The notes beneath the pieces were generated by a model. The model saw only the letters and a program-made list of their open reading frames with translations. It was not told where the DNA came from and made no database searches. DNA of 64,000 bases. It comes from Balanoglossus misakiensis. Lineage: Eukaryota; Animalia; Hemichordata. Shown piece after piece: positions 38,301-51,900 of this stretch. The stretch lies in NCBI GenBank assembly GCA_040954595.2, contig CM082587.2:11773262-11837261 (forward strand), given 5' to 3'. The position numbers were made by a program, and so were the translations under genes. The first letter of the stretch is position 1, and each line of letters starts with the position of its first letter.

Positions 38301-40801
38301 GCGAGTGAGTGTAATTGCAAATTTGCCTATTCTAGAATTACGTGCCATTGGAGAGCTCCATTGACTGGTCATTCATACTGTTTTCATTCATTCATTGCGG
38401 CATCAATATATTTTATCTATTCTAGCCAAAGAGCTTGGCACCTGTTGAAATGAACTCATCTGCTGTGGGCCAGTTTATTGGTGGCAGTTGAGCTGAGGAG
38501 AGCACCTTCCTTCCCGGCACGCCACCAAGTAAAGTTCCACGCCGCCCACCACAGATGCCAGCATTCATTCATGCGAGTGAGTGTAATTGCAAATTTGCCT
38601 ATTCTAGATCTGTAATGGAAATGGAGAAAGTACCTTATATTTTCTGTAAAATAGACATTTAATTGGCAAGCCGTCCTGCATCAATTATGAATTGTGTACA
38701 TGCACTAAAGCGCCCTCACTGCTGGGTGTGTTGTATGGTCTTTAACCCTGTTTCAAATTAGAGTACTTTCTGCAATTTCAAGACAGATCTTACGTGCCAT
38801 TGGAGAGCTCCATTGACTGGTCATTCATACTGTTTTCATTCATTCATTGCGGCATCAATATATTTTATCTATTCTAGCCAAAGAGCTTGGCACCTGTTGA
38901 AATGAACTCATCTGCTGTGGGCCAGTTTATTGGTGGCAGTTGAGCTGAGGAGAGCACCTTCCTTCCCGGCACGCCACCAAGTAAAGTTCCACGCCGCCCA
39001 CCACAGATGCCAGCATTCATTCATGCGAGTGAGTGTAATTGCAAATTTGCCTATTCTAGATCTGTAATGGAAATGGAGAAAGTACCTTATATTTTCTGTA
39101 AAATAGACATTTAATTGGCAAGCCGTCCTGCATCAATTATTAATTGTGTACATGCACTAAAGCGCCCTCACTGCTGGGTGTGTTGTATGGTCTTTAACCC
39201 TGTTTCAAATTAGAGTACTTTCTGCAATTTCAAGACAGATCTTACGTGCCATTGGAGAGCTCCATTGACTGGTCATTCATACTGTTTTCATTCATTCATT
39301 GCGGCATCAATATATTTTATCTATTCTAGCCAAAGAGCTTGGCACCTGTTGAAATGAACTCATCTGCTGTGGGCCAGTTTATTGGTGGCAGTTGAGCTGA
39401 GAAGAGCACCTTCCTTCCCGGCACGCCACCAAGTAAAGTTCCACGCCGCCCACCACAGATGCCAGCATTCATTCATGCGAGTGAGTGTAATTGCAAATTT
39501 GCCTATTCTAGATCTGTAATGGAAATGGAGAAAGTACCTTATATTTTCTGTAAAATAGACATTTAATTGGCAAGCCGTCCTGCATCAATTATGAATTGTG
39601 TACATGCACTAAAGCGCCCTCACTGCTGGGTGTGTTGTATGGTCTTTAACCCTGTTTCAAATTAGAGTACTTTCTGCAATTTCAAGACAGATCTTACGTG
39701 CCATTGGAGAGCTCCATTGACTGGTCATTCATACTGTTTTCATTCATTCATTGCGGCATCAATATATTTTATCTATTCTAGCCAAAGAGCTTGGCACCTG
39801 TTGAAATGAACTCATCTGCTGTGGGCCAGTTTATTGGTGGCAGTTGAGCTGAGGAGAGCACCTTCCTTCCCGGCACGCCACCAAGTAAAGTTCCACGCCG
39901 CCCACCACAGATGCCAGCATTCATTCATGCGAGTGAGTGTAATTGCAAATTTGCCTATTCTAGATCTGTAATGGAAATGGAGAAAGTACCTTATATTTTC
40001 TGTAAAATAGACATTTAATTGGCAAGCCGTCCTGCATCAATTATGAATTGTGTACATGCACTAAAGCGCCCTCACTGCTGGGTGTGTTGTATGGTCTTTA
40101 ACCCTGTTTCAAATTAGAGTACTTTCTGCAATTTCAAGACAGATCTTACGTGCCATTGGAGAGCTCCATTGACTGGTCATTCATACTGTTTTCATTCATT
40201 CATTGCGGCATCAATATATTTTATCTATTCTAGCCAAAGAGCTTGGCACCTGTTGAAATGAACTCATCTGCTGTGGGCCAGTTTATTGGTGGCAGTTGAG
40301 CTGAGGAGAGCACCTTCCTTCCCGGCACGCCACCAAGTAAAGTTCCACGCCGCCCACCACAGATGCCAGCATTCATTCATGCGAGTGAGTGTAATTGCAA
40401 ATTTGCCTATTCTAGATCTGTAATGGAAATGGAGAAAGTACCTTATATTTTCTGTAAAATAGACATTTAATTGGCAAGCCGTCCTGCATCAATTATGAAT
40501 TGTGTACATGCACTAAAGCGCCCTCACTGCTGGGTGTGTTGTATGGTCTTTAACCCTGTTTCAAATTAGAGTACTTTCTGCAATTTCAAGACAGATCTTA
40601 CGTGCCATTGGAGAGCTCCATTGACTGGTCATTCATACTGTTTTCATTCATTCATTGCGGCATCAATATATTTTATCTATTCTAGCCAAAGAGCTTGGCA
40701 CCTGTTGAAATGAACTCATCTGCTGTGGGCCAGTTTATTGGTGGCAGTTGAGCTGAGGAGAGCACCTTCCTTCCCGGCACGCCACCAAGTAAAGTTCCAC
40801 G
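26317..40801. repeat. Tandem satellite array 2
   Basis: Same monomers. 4710-bp (27786 to 32496) and 2176-bp (35030 to 37206) higher-order periods. Confidence 0.99.
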
Positions 40802-42591
40802 TGCATTCCTGGCCCTGGTTTTATTTATGTTTACAGACAATATTGCATTTTTGTACAAGTATTTTAATCAACTATAAATTTTGAATGTGTCATTTACCTG
40901 AACCGGTCATGTTGACCAGAATGATACATTTCTGCCTTCACTCACCCTATAAATATGTGATTGAGACATAGGTCATTTGCATAAGCTAACATACCAGAAA
41001 GTAAGCATATCTGTTGTTTTCCCTGTGTCACTGCCATCAAAGTAAAAATTAGACGTTGTGTAGAGCAAACTCCAATTTTTTGTTCTCAATAAACATGGAT
41101 GAATTACATAGAATGTGTTTGTTGTTTACAGTCTTTAAATGACACATTAGATTATGCACTTTACAAAACGTTTCTGAGAAACAAGTGACTAACTAGTTTC
41201 TTTCCACTGTGGCCAACGTGGTTCACTGTTTGTGTCAGAATCTCTCTGTTTTGCAAGGATTTTGAAATCATAGTGGTGACATGCATAGTGAAAATCAGCT
41301 ACTTTCAAATGTCCGTCATGTTCATGCTGTAATTGAATTTTCAAAGCTGGGCTGGCGTGTTTTTTCTTATTTACATAAGTATCACACTTTATACATGTAT
41401 CTTCATGGGGTTTTTTGAGTCCCGTATTTAGGTCCTCTCTCACAATTTTACGAAATATCGTATAACTGACAGTTGTTCTTCCCAGAAGAGATTGGTTGGT
41501 TATGAACTCTCGGTGTAACTGCGATATACTGTGGTCCGGCGCCAGGTACGGTTTAAATCGAGGATTCCTGCAGTAGTGAGATTCTACAATTCTGTGCCTG
41601 CGTACGTGTTCAGTGATATCAGTCAGCAAATTTGGATTGAGTTTCCGACGATGCCCTTTGTGTCGGCCCCTTGCATCTGGCATCAGACCAGTAAAGTTCC
41701 ATGTGCATTCCTGGCCCTGGTTTTATTTATGTTTACAGACAATATTGCATTTTTGTACAAGTATTTTAATCAACTATAAATTTTGAATGTGTCATTTACC
41801 TGAACCGGTCATGTTGACCAGAATGATACATTTCTGCCTTCACTCACCCTATAAATATGTGATTGAGACATAGGTCATTTGCATAAGCTAACATACCAGA
41901 AAGTAAGCATATCTGTTGTTTTCCCTGTGTCACTGCCATCAAAGTAAAAATTAGACGTTGTGTAGAGCAAACTCCAATTTTTTGTTCTCAATAAACATGG
42001 ATGAATTACATAGAATGTGTTTGTTGTTTACAGTCTTTAAATGACACATTAGATTATGCACTTTACAAAACGTTTCTGAGAAACAAGTGACTAACTAGTT
42101 TCTTTCCACTGTGGCCAACGTGGTTCACTGTTTGTGTCAGAATCTCTCTGTTTTGCAAGGATTTTGAAATCATAGTGGTGACATGCATAGTGAAAATCAG
42201 CTACTTTCAAATGTCCGTCATGTTCATGCTGTAATTGAATTTTCAAAGCTGGGCTGGCGTGTTTTTTCTTATTTACATAAGTATCACACTTTATACATGT
42301 ATCTTCATGGGGTTTTCTGAGTCCCGTATTTAGGTCCTCTCTCACAATTTTACGAAATATCGTATAACTGACAGTTGTTCTTCCCAGAAGAGATTGGTTG
42401 GTTATGAACTCTCGGTGTAACTGCGATATACTGTGGTCCGGCGCCAGGTACGGTTTAAATCGAGGATTCCTGCAGTAGTGAGATTCTACAATTCTGTGCC
42501 TGCGTACGTGTTCAGTGATATCAGTCAGCAAATTTGGATTGAGTTTCCGACGATGCCCTTTGTGTCGGCCCCTTGCATCTGGCATCAGACC
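40788..42591. repeat. 902-bp tandem duplication, copy 2
   Basis: Matches 18156-19959 at +22632. Confidence 0.95.
41189..41683 (-). pseudogene. 5'-truncated duplicate of transposase N-half, copy 2
   Basis: Same translation as 18557-19051. Confidence 0.75.
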
Positions 42592-43047
42592 AGTTGAACA
42601 GTGCATCATTTTGCTTAGAACGGTTCTAGTCCGCCTCTCACTAATGCCAAATAATTTCAGGAATGCATTTTTGCAGACAGTAACCGTTTCACCGCCTTCA
42701 TTCACCAGGTGATAACGAACCGATTTCTTGTGTGACTTCATCTGTATATCCATCAGTTTGTAGAGCATCAAGTTCTGTTCATTATACACGCGACCATCAA
42801 AATATTTTCTCGTGGTGCCTAAAACATGCGTACTCCCAAGCTTCCGCAGACAATTCCCTTGAACGCAGGCGCATTCCAAGGAAAGACTGTCAATATCTGG
42901 AAAAGGGCGATTTTTCCTTGGTTTTTGTCTCGGACACGTCTTTTTAGAATTCCTACGTGGCTTGTTGGCTCGAGCTGACAGTTCGGTTCTGCGTTGCTGC
43001 CACACAGGAATGGGTTCCCACGCATAAGCAACTCCCCGGCAGGCCAT
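42091..43047 (-). CDS. N-terminal half of Sola1-like transposase, copy 2
   Basis: Same translation as 19459-20415. Confidence 0.8.
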   Translation of the reverse strand: MACRGVAYAWEPIPVWQQRRTELSARANKPRRNSKKTCPRQKPRKNRPFPDIDSLSLECACVQGNCLRKLGSTHVLGTTRKYFDGRVYNEQNLMLYKLMDIQMKSHKKSVRYHLVNEGGETVTVCKNAFLKLFGISERRTRTVLSKMMHCSTGLMPDARGRHKGHRRKLNPNLLTDITEHVRRHRIVESHYCRNPRFKPYLAPDHSISQLHREFITNQSLLGRTTVSYTIFRKIVREDLNTGLRKPHEDTCIKCDTYVNKKKHASPALKIQLQHEHDGHLKVADFHYACHHYDFKILAKQRDSDTNSEPRWPQWKETS

Positions 43048-43218
43048 GGTCACAGCTGAAGTATTTGTTCAAGTACTGACTGACTAAACGCGGCATGGAA
43101 CAAACGAACGAACGAACGAACGACTTCACGTTCGGAAAAAAAATCGTTGCGAGCTGTTGGGTGCCTCTATAGTTGTCGGCAACCGTTCTTTTTTATTGCT
43201 AAACAATGCTGTCAGAGC

Positions 43219-44232
43219 ATGGAAGGTGTGGTGGAAAACGAACAGAGGTTTTGTACGACCAACGATTGGATGGTGCTACATATGGACTTCCACAAGTCAT
43301 TGCCGGTTCCTAAACTCAGCTCTGAAGACTTTTACTTTAAATCGAAATTGCAAATGAAGCTCCTTGGAATTTACAACGGGACAACGGAAAAGATGCATTG
43401 TTATGTATGGACAGAGCTCGATAGCAGAAAGTCTCCCGATGAAGTTATTACCTGTCTAAATCACTTTTTTTATAACTCGGGTGTGACCAGCAGACATGCA
43501 GTTATTTACAGCGACAACTGCCGTGCCGAATTCAAGTGTGGGAAGTTAATGTTTTACTATGACTATCTGTTACGAAAGGGCGTGTTTCGACGAATTGACT
43601 ATAAAACTCTTGTGGCTGGACACACGTACTCCACCTGTGACCGAGTTTTTGCGTCCATTGAAAGGCATGCAAGTCGTTTCCAGAGTATAGAGACACCTCA
43701 CGATTGGACATCTGTGATTCGAGGATCTTCTCTGAATGGGAACATTGGAGTTACGGAGATGACTCACAGAGACTTTTTCAATTATTCTGATTTCCTGAAA
43801 AATGAGTACGTTGTGCGTTATGCAGATACAAACAATGTAACTTTTTACTACCAAGCCATGCACTATTTTAATTTTGGAGAAGGAGAAAGGCTTGATACCG
43901 ACGGCAACCTCAGAACATTTAGTCATGCAGATAAAGTTTGGGTGAGAACATCTCTAGATCCAAGCGAGACCCCGATTGTAGTCGACTTTAGAAAGAAGAA
44001 GCAGAACCGGCGTTTACAAGATTGTACGCTGAACAAACTTTATCAGGAACGTCGACCACTGGCGAGCAAAGTTTGGCGGGATCTTCAGAGTTTAGCCAAA
44101 AATTACCTGTCTCCGGAGGCAATAGAATTTTATAGGAATCTACCGCTTCAGGAGAGTAGTGGCACCTCTGCAGACCCGTACGCCTTTCATGATGATGACG
44201 ACGACGATGATGATGATATGGGCGGTGGTTGA
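43219..44232 (+). CDS. Catalytic DDD half of Sola1-like transposase, copy 2
   Basis: Same translation as 20587-21600. Confidence 0.87.
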   Translation: MEGVVENEQRFCTTNDWMVLHMDFHKSLPVPKLSSEDFYFKSKLQMKLLGIYNGTTEKMHCYVWTELDSRKSPDEVITCLNHFFYNSGVTSRHAVIYSDNCRAEFKCGKLMFYYDYLLRKGVFRRIDYKTLVAGHTYSTCDRVFASIERHASRFQSIETPHDWTSVIRGSSLNGNIGVTEMTHRDFFNYSDFLKNEYVVRYADTNNVTFYYQAMHYFNFGEGERLDTDGNLRTFSHADKVWVRTSLDPSETPIVVDFRKKKQNRRLQDCTLNKLYQERRPLASKVWRDLQSLAKNYLSPEAIEFYRNLPLQESSGTSADPYAFHDDDDDDDDDMGGG

Positions 44233-44715
44233 ACAAACTGTCCTTTTCATGACGACAGTGATTTTGGATATTTGATGTGCGTGCACAGTTTATATGTAAT
44301 ATTTTCACACGAACGAGTTTTGACTGAATTTGATTAAAGAATGTACTCGATAATTAACAAATGTGCTGAATCGTGGTTATTATGTTGTTAATTTTTGTTT
44401 GTTTGTTTGTTTGTTTGTAAACAATTTCCGTTCATTCAACTGGCTACAAAGTTGGATTTTTGTACTGGGAAGCGATAAACTCGCACATCAAAACCGGGGA
44501 GACTCGATCATTTTTCCCTGCAGGTAGCCTGAAAAGCACCCGGGCAGAGATTACGTCATATATGGTCCACTTTAATACGAAATTATGCAAATGTGACATT
44601 TCACGGAAACGGCGTATATAAAAGCGACCCTGGGCTATTGTTCGGAATGCGTCATCGACGAGAGAGTGACTGATAATTCTTCTACCTCGAGTCAACCATT
44701 CTGTATATACTGAAC

Positions 44716-46042
44716 ATGGCTAGCTGGCGCAGGAAGAGACAAGGCAATGTGCGGTCTGTAATCAACGAACGGCACCGCTCAGTTCAGTGTCCCTTTCTTC
44801 AAAAGTGGATCGGTGAGCAATTGGTATTTTCAGGTCGTTCAGAGGATGAAGTCCAGTCCAGTACTGTATTTGAGAGCTACAAATGTTGGGTTGAAAACTA
44901 TTCGTCGGCGGACAATCAAGTAATGATTATGGTTACTAAAGCTCGATTTTTCAAGGTGAGAATGATCGCATTTTTCTTCCCCCCCCCCCTCCCTCCCCCA
45001 AGGGACTCGTTTTCTGTCTCTTTTAAACCTGTAACTTAACGAAAAGGAAGTTTTTCACATATCTCTTTGTTGACACTATAGCAATTTGGAGCGCGGATGC
45101 TTCAAGAGAATAGCGTTACCAAATCAAAGTCGGCCGGGGTTAATATTTATAGAGGTGTTCGTCTGAAAGCTGGTTCGCGAAGAATCTCAACGGGGAAACC
45201 TGAGCACAGTGTACTTCAGACCAGGGCAAGGGCATTTCTTGATGACGCCAGCGTGACCGTTCCGATCGAGGTAAGAATGGTGTTTTGTTTGGACTAGGAC
45301 AATAGAACGTTGCAATGAGTGTGTCAATGGGTGTCCAAGTGCAAACGTGGTCGGCTTCTGTCCACAAATGCCATTAATTTTAGGCAGGATTTATAAAATT
45401 GTCAATGAAGAATACAAAAATGAAAAACAATAGTTAATAGCAAACGGGTAGGATTGCAAGGGCTTGTAAAACGGTACACACTGTACCAGGAAGTTTGCAA
45501 CACTAATGAAGAATGTATATGATATATTTAGGTGAGAACTGTTCGCGATCGCCGGGACGCAGGACGGTGCGCGTTTTCGACGAGGGATCTTCAAGCCTGG
45601 AACGTCGTCTGCGAATACCGGGGCACGGTTATTAGCGTTGAAGAAGCTAGTCGGCGTGATGAACTTTACAGGGCAGAGGGGAAACGACCACGCATGTTTC
45701 ATCTCTACATTGGAAAGAGACACGTTGTGTGAGTGTATCACTTAGTCGAATATATGGTCATATATTGCAAAGCATCTGTCGAAATAGAAAACGTAATATT
45801 GTCTATATTTTCCTCATTAACGCAGCATTGACGGATACGATGTCCCAGCCGGTGAAGAAAATTTAGCGGGCCTAATAAATCACAGTCAGCAGAACGCCAA
45901 CTTGGTACCGGTTCGGATCGGAGAGCGCCTGGTTTTCTTTGCAACCAGGAATCTTTGTCAGGGAGTAGAGCTTTTGTATGATTACGGTGACGGGGGTGAA
46001 GAGGATTTCTTCAGTGGTTCTCAAACTTTTCCTGAAAATTAA
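44716..46042 (+). CDS. 4-exon wHTH-SET gene, copy 2
   Basis: Exons 44716-44955, 45082-45270, 45532-45728, 45826-46042. Same splice sites and motifs as copy 1. Confidence 0.88.
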
Positions 46043-46950
46043 GGCATTAACACATCAACGCTTCGGGATGTCGTAACGGCGGCAAGGCGGGGGGGGGGGG
46101 GGGGGGGGCGTGAAAATGTTTGTATCAGGAACAAAATTCCCGTGCAAATCACCTTGATCCGGGTGGGTGGACTATTCGCGACAAATGTTGAAATCATACA
46201 AAGCATTTTACTTAATTAACCCATTTTTTTCATTTATTTGTTTACAGTTTACAACGTCATAGAGAAGTTGAACTAGAGACTGGATCAGCGTGGGTGACAC
46301 CATAGTACACCAATGTTTTCTTCAGTTTGATTCAATTGTAATTTAAAACTGAGATTGCCTAACGCTTTCCCAGATTTTTTTAACCACTGAGAAACTGTGG
46401 GTTTTTTTCTGGGTTTTGGTGCGAGGTGATCTCAGTCAGTGGTGTTAATTTAATTAATCATTTTCTTTTCCTATTTACGTCGACTGAAATGTATTTTGAT
46501 AGGTGATAGTCATACCATAAAAAAATCTTACGGCGCGACTGCCAAAATGTACATTTATTTGTCCGTTCCAAGTTATTTTGTGTATGTGTGATGGGTGCCG
46601 GTGACTGTGCAGGGTTGATTTCCCTAGAGCGACTGTTATATTCGTTTTCCAACGATGATGAATTTACATGTTATTTGCTTGGCATTTTGACGCAGAGACA
46701 CTTCTGAAAACACAAACCTATTAATTATGCCACGGGTGTAAATTGATCACATTAAAAGAGGCTTTAGACGTTTGCCGCGAGCTCCTGGTGGGCAGAATCT
46801 TGTCAGCCCAAATTTGACTATAAGTACATAGCCAATGATGTGACGCTCTCCCACATCCTTCGCCGCGCCTTTTCGCTGATTTACAGCATCTTGCGTAAAC
46901 ACTGTCATTTGATCTTGCTTGGCAGAAGTCAACTTGCTCTATACTACATT

Positions 46951-47316
46951 ATGGCGGCCAAGCTCAACTGCATATCAGATAATGCCAAGGAGCGTTTGAG
47001 AGGCATCCTCGCCAGAAGGAGTCGCGTTTCCGGTGACTGTGTGCTCTGGACGGGTGCAGCTTGTCGAAACGGCTATGGCTCTATTACGTTCAGAGATGAG
47101 AACACTCTAACCGCCTATGTCCATCACATTGCACTCCTAATTAACGGAGTGCAATTGGTGGGCAGGCGGTTAGAGTGTTCTCATCTTTGCAACGAAAAGC
47201 TATGCATCCGCCCAGAGCACATTGTCCAGGAAACGCGACTCCTAAACATTTCACGAAAGACGTGCTTTAAATCCCCAAAAGGGGAGTGTCACCACGATCC
47301 CAGGTGCCTAAGGTGA
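46951..47316 (+). CDS. His-Me finger endonuclease, copy 2
   Basis: Same translation as 24320-24685. Confidence 0.88.
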   Translation: MAAKLNCISDNAKERLRGILARRSRVSGDCVLWTGAACRNGYGSITFRDENTLTAYVHHIALLINGVQLVGRRLECSHLCNEKLCIRPEHIVQETRLLNISRKTCFKSPKGECHHDPRCLR

Positions 47317-48230
47317 GTAATCCTCTTCTCATTTGATATGTATTGTGTGACCCTGCAGTTGAAACGCTTTCATCAATAATTTGCGGCGCGTGGGTAATCT
47401 CGGTGTTATTGACAATGCAGCCGGCCCAAACATTTTTAAATTAACACTGTTTCTGACTGTATTAACGAAATGTCCAATTTGCAAGTAGCCTATAGACAAC
47501 CCTTTTGAATGAGTTTTGTCTCGTTGAGATTTTATACATAAGGAACAATCTAGATTTATTTTAGAAGACACTGTTCTTTTAAAACAGCTAGCATAATACA
47601 GCTAAATTTCGGAATTTCCGGACAATTTTCGGAATTCCTTTTAAATTTGAGAAATTTTTCATCAGATATAAGTGTTACTATTTATTGGACATGTTTTTAT
47701 CATTGTTTACTTTTTAAGGTCATTCTCATCCCCCCCCCCCCCCCCCAAAAAAAAGCCGCTTTAGGCTTCATGTTCAGTAAAAAATCTGGAAAGTTCAGCT
47801 GAATTTTACACTGATCACACATTTTTGGGAAGGTCTGGCGCAAAATAAAGGATGACAAATGTAAATCTAATGTCACATTTGTAAACCTCTAAGTATTGTA
47901 CACTCATTCTATTAAGTATATGCAAATAGTACGGATAATTTTTTCGGAATGTGGAATTCCGAAATTAGTTCGGAACGTGTTAGCAGTGAAGAGATCACCA
48001 CTGAGGGTTGGAAGGCCTTGCCAGAAATTAACGCGTAAAGTACGCCCTCACAGGCCATGTAAACAAGGTCAAATAAGGCCGTCTGGCAAACGAATGATTA
48101 ATTCAACGCGCCATTTGAGCCGAGCTGAGTTGGTCTGAGTTGCGTATCACACAGACTTAGGCTGAATGTCAGTGGAGTAACCAGTCCGTTTTAGATTTAC
48201 CAATGATGTGAATTTAATTTCTTCACCCAG

Positions 48231-48632
48231 AAAAACAGAACACAACTTGTCTGCAACATGATGCTGGAGGTGACACATGACAGAGAAGTGGATCCGCGTT
48301 GTCAACACAGATGCCAGCATTCAAAAGGGGAGTGCCACCTGCTAAAATCAACTCATCTGCTGTTGGCCCATTTTACCTGTGGCAACTGTTCAGAGGAGAC
48401 AACGTTTATTCCGTGCAAGCCAACACGCAATGTTGGGGTCTACCTGTCAACACAGATGCAAGCATTCATGTGAGTGAGTATCAGGACTGACCTTGTTTTG
48501 CTGAATAATTCATAATGCCTATTTTAGAATTCTTAGAGGCATTTGGAGTTCATTGCCTGGTCAACCAAACTACACCCCTTAACAGCTGAAACAAAATGCG
48601 TATTGTGTTCATTCATTCATTGCTTCAATATA
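48231..48632 (+). repeat. Diverged module A, copy 2
   Basis: Matches 25599-26000 at +22632. Confidence 0.85.
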
Positions 48633-48948
48633 TATAGGCAACATGAGTATCAAGTAGCACTATTTGTTTACGATTGTATTCATGAAAACTTCCCACTAAC
48701 AATTCCACAGTTAATATTGAACACATTTATCCAACAAGGTCAAAAGAAAAAGGGAATCTTCTGGTTCCAAAATACGCCACAAATGTGGGTCAACATACAG
48801 TGAAATATTATGGTGCTCAAATATGCAACATATCAAATCTGTCTCATCAAAGTCATGCTTTAAAAAAGAATTGAAAAGGTATTATTTATCCATTTGACTG
48901 CTGTATTTTCAGAAGGAAAACAAACTGAATTTGGTTTTTCATGTACAA

Positions 48949-51900
48949 ATATTTTCTGTAAAATAGACATTTAATTGGCAAGCCGTCCTGCATCAATTAT
49001 TAATTGTGTACATGCACTAAAGCGCCCTCACTGCTGGGTGTGTTGTATGGTCTTTAACCCTGTTTCAAATTAGAGTACTTTCTGCAATTTCAAGACAGAT
49101 CTTACGTGCCATTGGAGAGCTCCATTGACTGGTCATTCATACTGTTTTCATTCATTCATTGCGGCATCAATATATTTTATGTATTCTAGCCAAAGAGCTT
49201 GGCACCTGTTGAAATGAACTCATCTGCTGTGGGCCAGTTTATTGGTGGCAGTTGAGCTGAGGAGAGCACCTTCCTTCCCGGCACGCCACCAAGTAAAGTT
49301 CCACGCCGCCCACCACAGATGCCAGCATTCATTCATGCGAGTGAGTGTAATTGCAAATTTGCCTATTCTAGATCTGTAATGGAAATGGAGAAAGTACCTT
49401 ATATTTTCTGTAAAATAGACATTTAATTGGCAAGCCGTCCTGCATCAATTATTAATTGTGTACATGCACTAAAGCGCCCTCACTGCTGGGTGTGTTGTAT
49501 GGTCTTTAACCCTGTTTCAAATTAGAGTACTTTCTGCAATTTCAAGACAGATCTTACGTGCCATTGGAGAGCTCCATTGACTGGTCATTCATACTGTTTT
49601 CATTCATTCATTGCGGCATCAATATATTTTATCTATTCTAGCCAAAGAGCTTGGCACCTGTTGAAATGAACTCATCTGCTGTGGGCCAGTTTATTGGTGG
49701 CAGTTGAGCTGAGGAGAGCACCTTCCTTCCCGGCACGCCACCAAGTAAAGTTCCACGCCGCCCACCACAGATGCCAGCATTCATTCATGCGAGTGAGTGT
49801 AATTGCAAATTTGCCTATTCTAGAATTACGTGCCATTGGAGAGCTCCATTGACTGGTCATTCATACTGTTTTCATTCATTCATTGCGGCATCAATATATT
49901 TTATCTATTCTAGCCAAAGAGCTTGGCACCTGTTGAAATGAACTCATCTGCTGTGGGCCAGTTTATTGGTGGCAGTTGAGCTGAGGAGAGCACCTTCCTT
50001 CCCGGCACGCCACCAAGTAAAGTTCCACGCCGCCCACCACAGATGCCAGCATTCATTCATGCGAGTGAGTGTAATTGCAAATTTGCCTATTCTAGATCTG
50101 TAATGGAAATGGAGAAAGTACCTTATATTTTCTGTAAAATAGACATTTAATTGGCAAGCCGTCCTGCATCAATTATGAATTGTGTACATGCACTAAAGCG
50201 CCCTCACTGCTGGGTGTGTTGTATGGTCTTTAACCCTGTTTCAAATTAGAGTACTTTCTGCAATTTCAAGACAGATCTTACGTGCCATTGGAGAGCTCCA
50301 TTGACTGGTCATTCATACTGTTTTCATTCATTCATTGCGGCATCAATATATTTTATCTATTCTAGCCAAAGAGCTTGGCACCTGTTGAAATGAACTCATC
50401 TGCTGTGGGCCAGTTTATTGGTGGCAGTTGAGCTGAGGAGAGCACCTTCCTTCCCGGCACGCCACCAAGTAAAGTTCCACGCCGCCCACCACAGATGCCA
50501 GCATTCATTCATGCGAGTGAGTGTAATTGCAAATTTGCCTATTCTAGAATCTTACGTGCCATTGGAGAGCTCCATTGACTGGTCATTCATACTGTTTTCA
50601 TTCATTCATTGCGGCATCAATATATTTTATCTATTCTAGCCAAAGAGCTTGGCACCTGTTGAAATGAACTCATCTGCTGTGGGCCAGTTTATTGGTGGCA
50701 GTTGAGCTGAGGAGAGCACCTTCCTTCCCGGCACGCCACCAAGTAAAGTTCCACGCCGCCCACCACAGATGCCAGCATTCATTCATGCGAGTGAGTGTAA
50801 TTGCAAATTTGCCTATTCTAGATCTGTAATGGAAATGGAGAAAGTACCTTATATTTTCTGTAAAATAGACATTTAATTGGCAAGCCGTCCTGCATCAATT
50901 ATTAATTGTGTACATGCACTAAAGCGCCCTCACTGCTGGGTGTGTTGTATGGTCTTTAACCCTGTTTCAAATTAGAGTACTTTCTGCAATTTCAAGACAG
51001 ATCTTACGTGCCATTGGAGAGCTCCATTGACTGGTCATTCATACTGTTTTCATTCATTCATTGCGGCATCAATATATTTTATCTATTCTAGCCAAAGAGC
51101 TTGGCACCTGTTGAAATGAACTCATCTGCTGTGGGCCAGTTTATTGGTGGCAGTTGAGCTGAGAAGAGCACCTTCCTTCCCGGCACGCCACCAAGTAAAG
51201 TTCCACGCCGCCCACCACAGATGCCAGCATTCATTCATGCGAGTGAGTGTAATTGCAAATTTGCCTATTCTAGATCTGTAATGGAAATGGAGAAAGTACC
51301 TTATATTTTCTGTAAAATAGACATTTAATTGGCAAGCCGTCCTGCATCAATTATGAATTGTGTACATGCACTAAAGCGCCCTCACTGCTGGGTGTGTTGT
51401 ATGGTCTTTAACCCTGTTTCAAATTAGAGTACTTTCTGCAATTTCAAGACAGATCTTACGTGCCATTGGAGAGCTCCATTGACTGGTCATTCATACTGTT
51501 TTCATTCATTCATTGCGGCATCAATATATTTTATCTATTCTAGCCAAAGAGCTTGGCACCTGTTGAAATGAACTCATCTGCTGTGGGCCAGTTTATTGGT
51601 GGCAGTTGAGCTGAGGAGAGCACCTTCCTTCCCGGCACGCCACCAAGTAAAGTTCCACGCCGCCCACCACAGATGCCAGCATTCATTCATGCGAGTGAGT
51701 GTAATTGCAAATTTGCCTATTCTAGATCTGTAATGGAAATGGAGAAAGTACCTTATATTTTCTGTAAAATAGACATTTAATTGGCAAGCCGTCCTGCATC
51801 AATTATGAATTGTGTACATGCACTAAAGCGCCCTCACTGCTGGGTGTGTTGTATGGTCTTTAACCCTGTTTCAAATTAGAGTACTTTCTGCAATTTCAAG

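Larger units (their letters stand above)
40802..48948. mobile_element. Gene cassette copy 2
   Basis: Same ORFs at +22632/+22631. Differences noticed: one G fewer near 46190 and one C more in the poly-C run. Confidence 0.85.
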
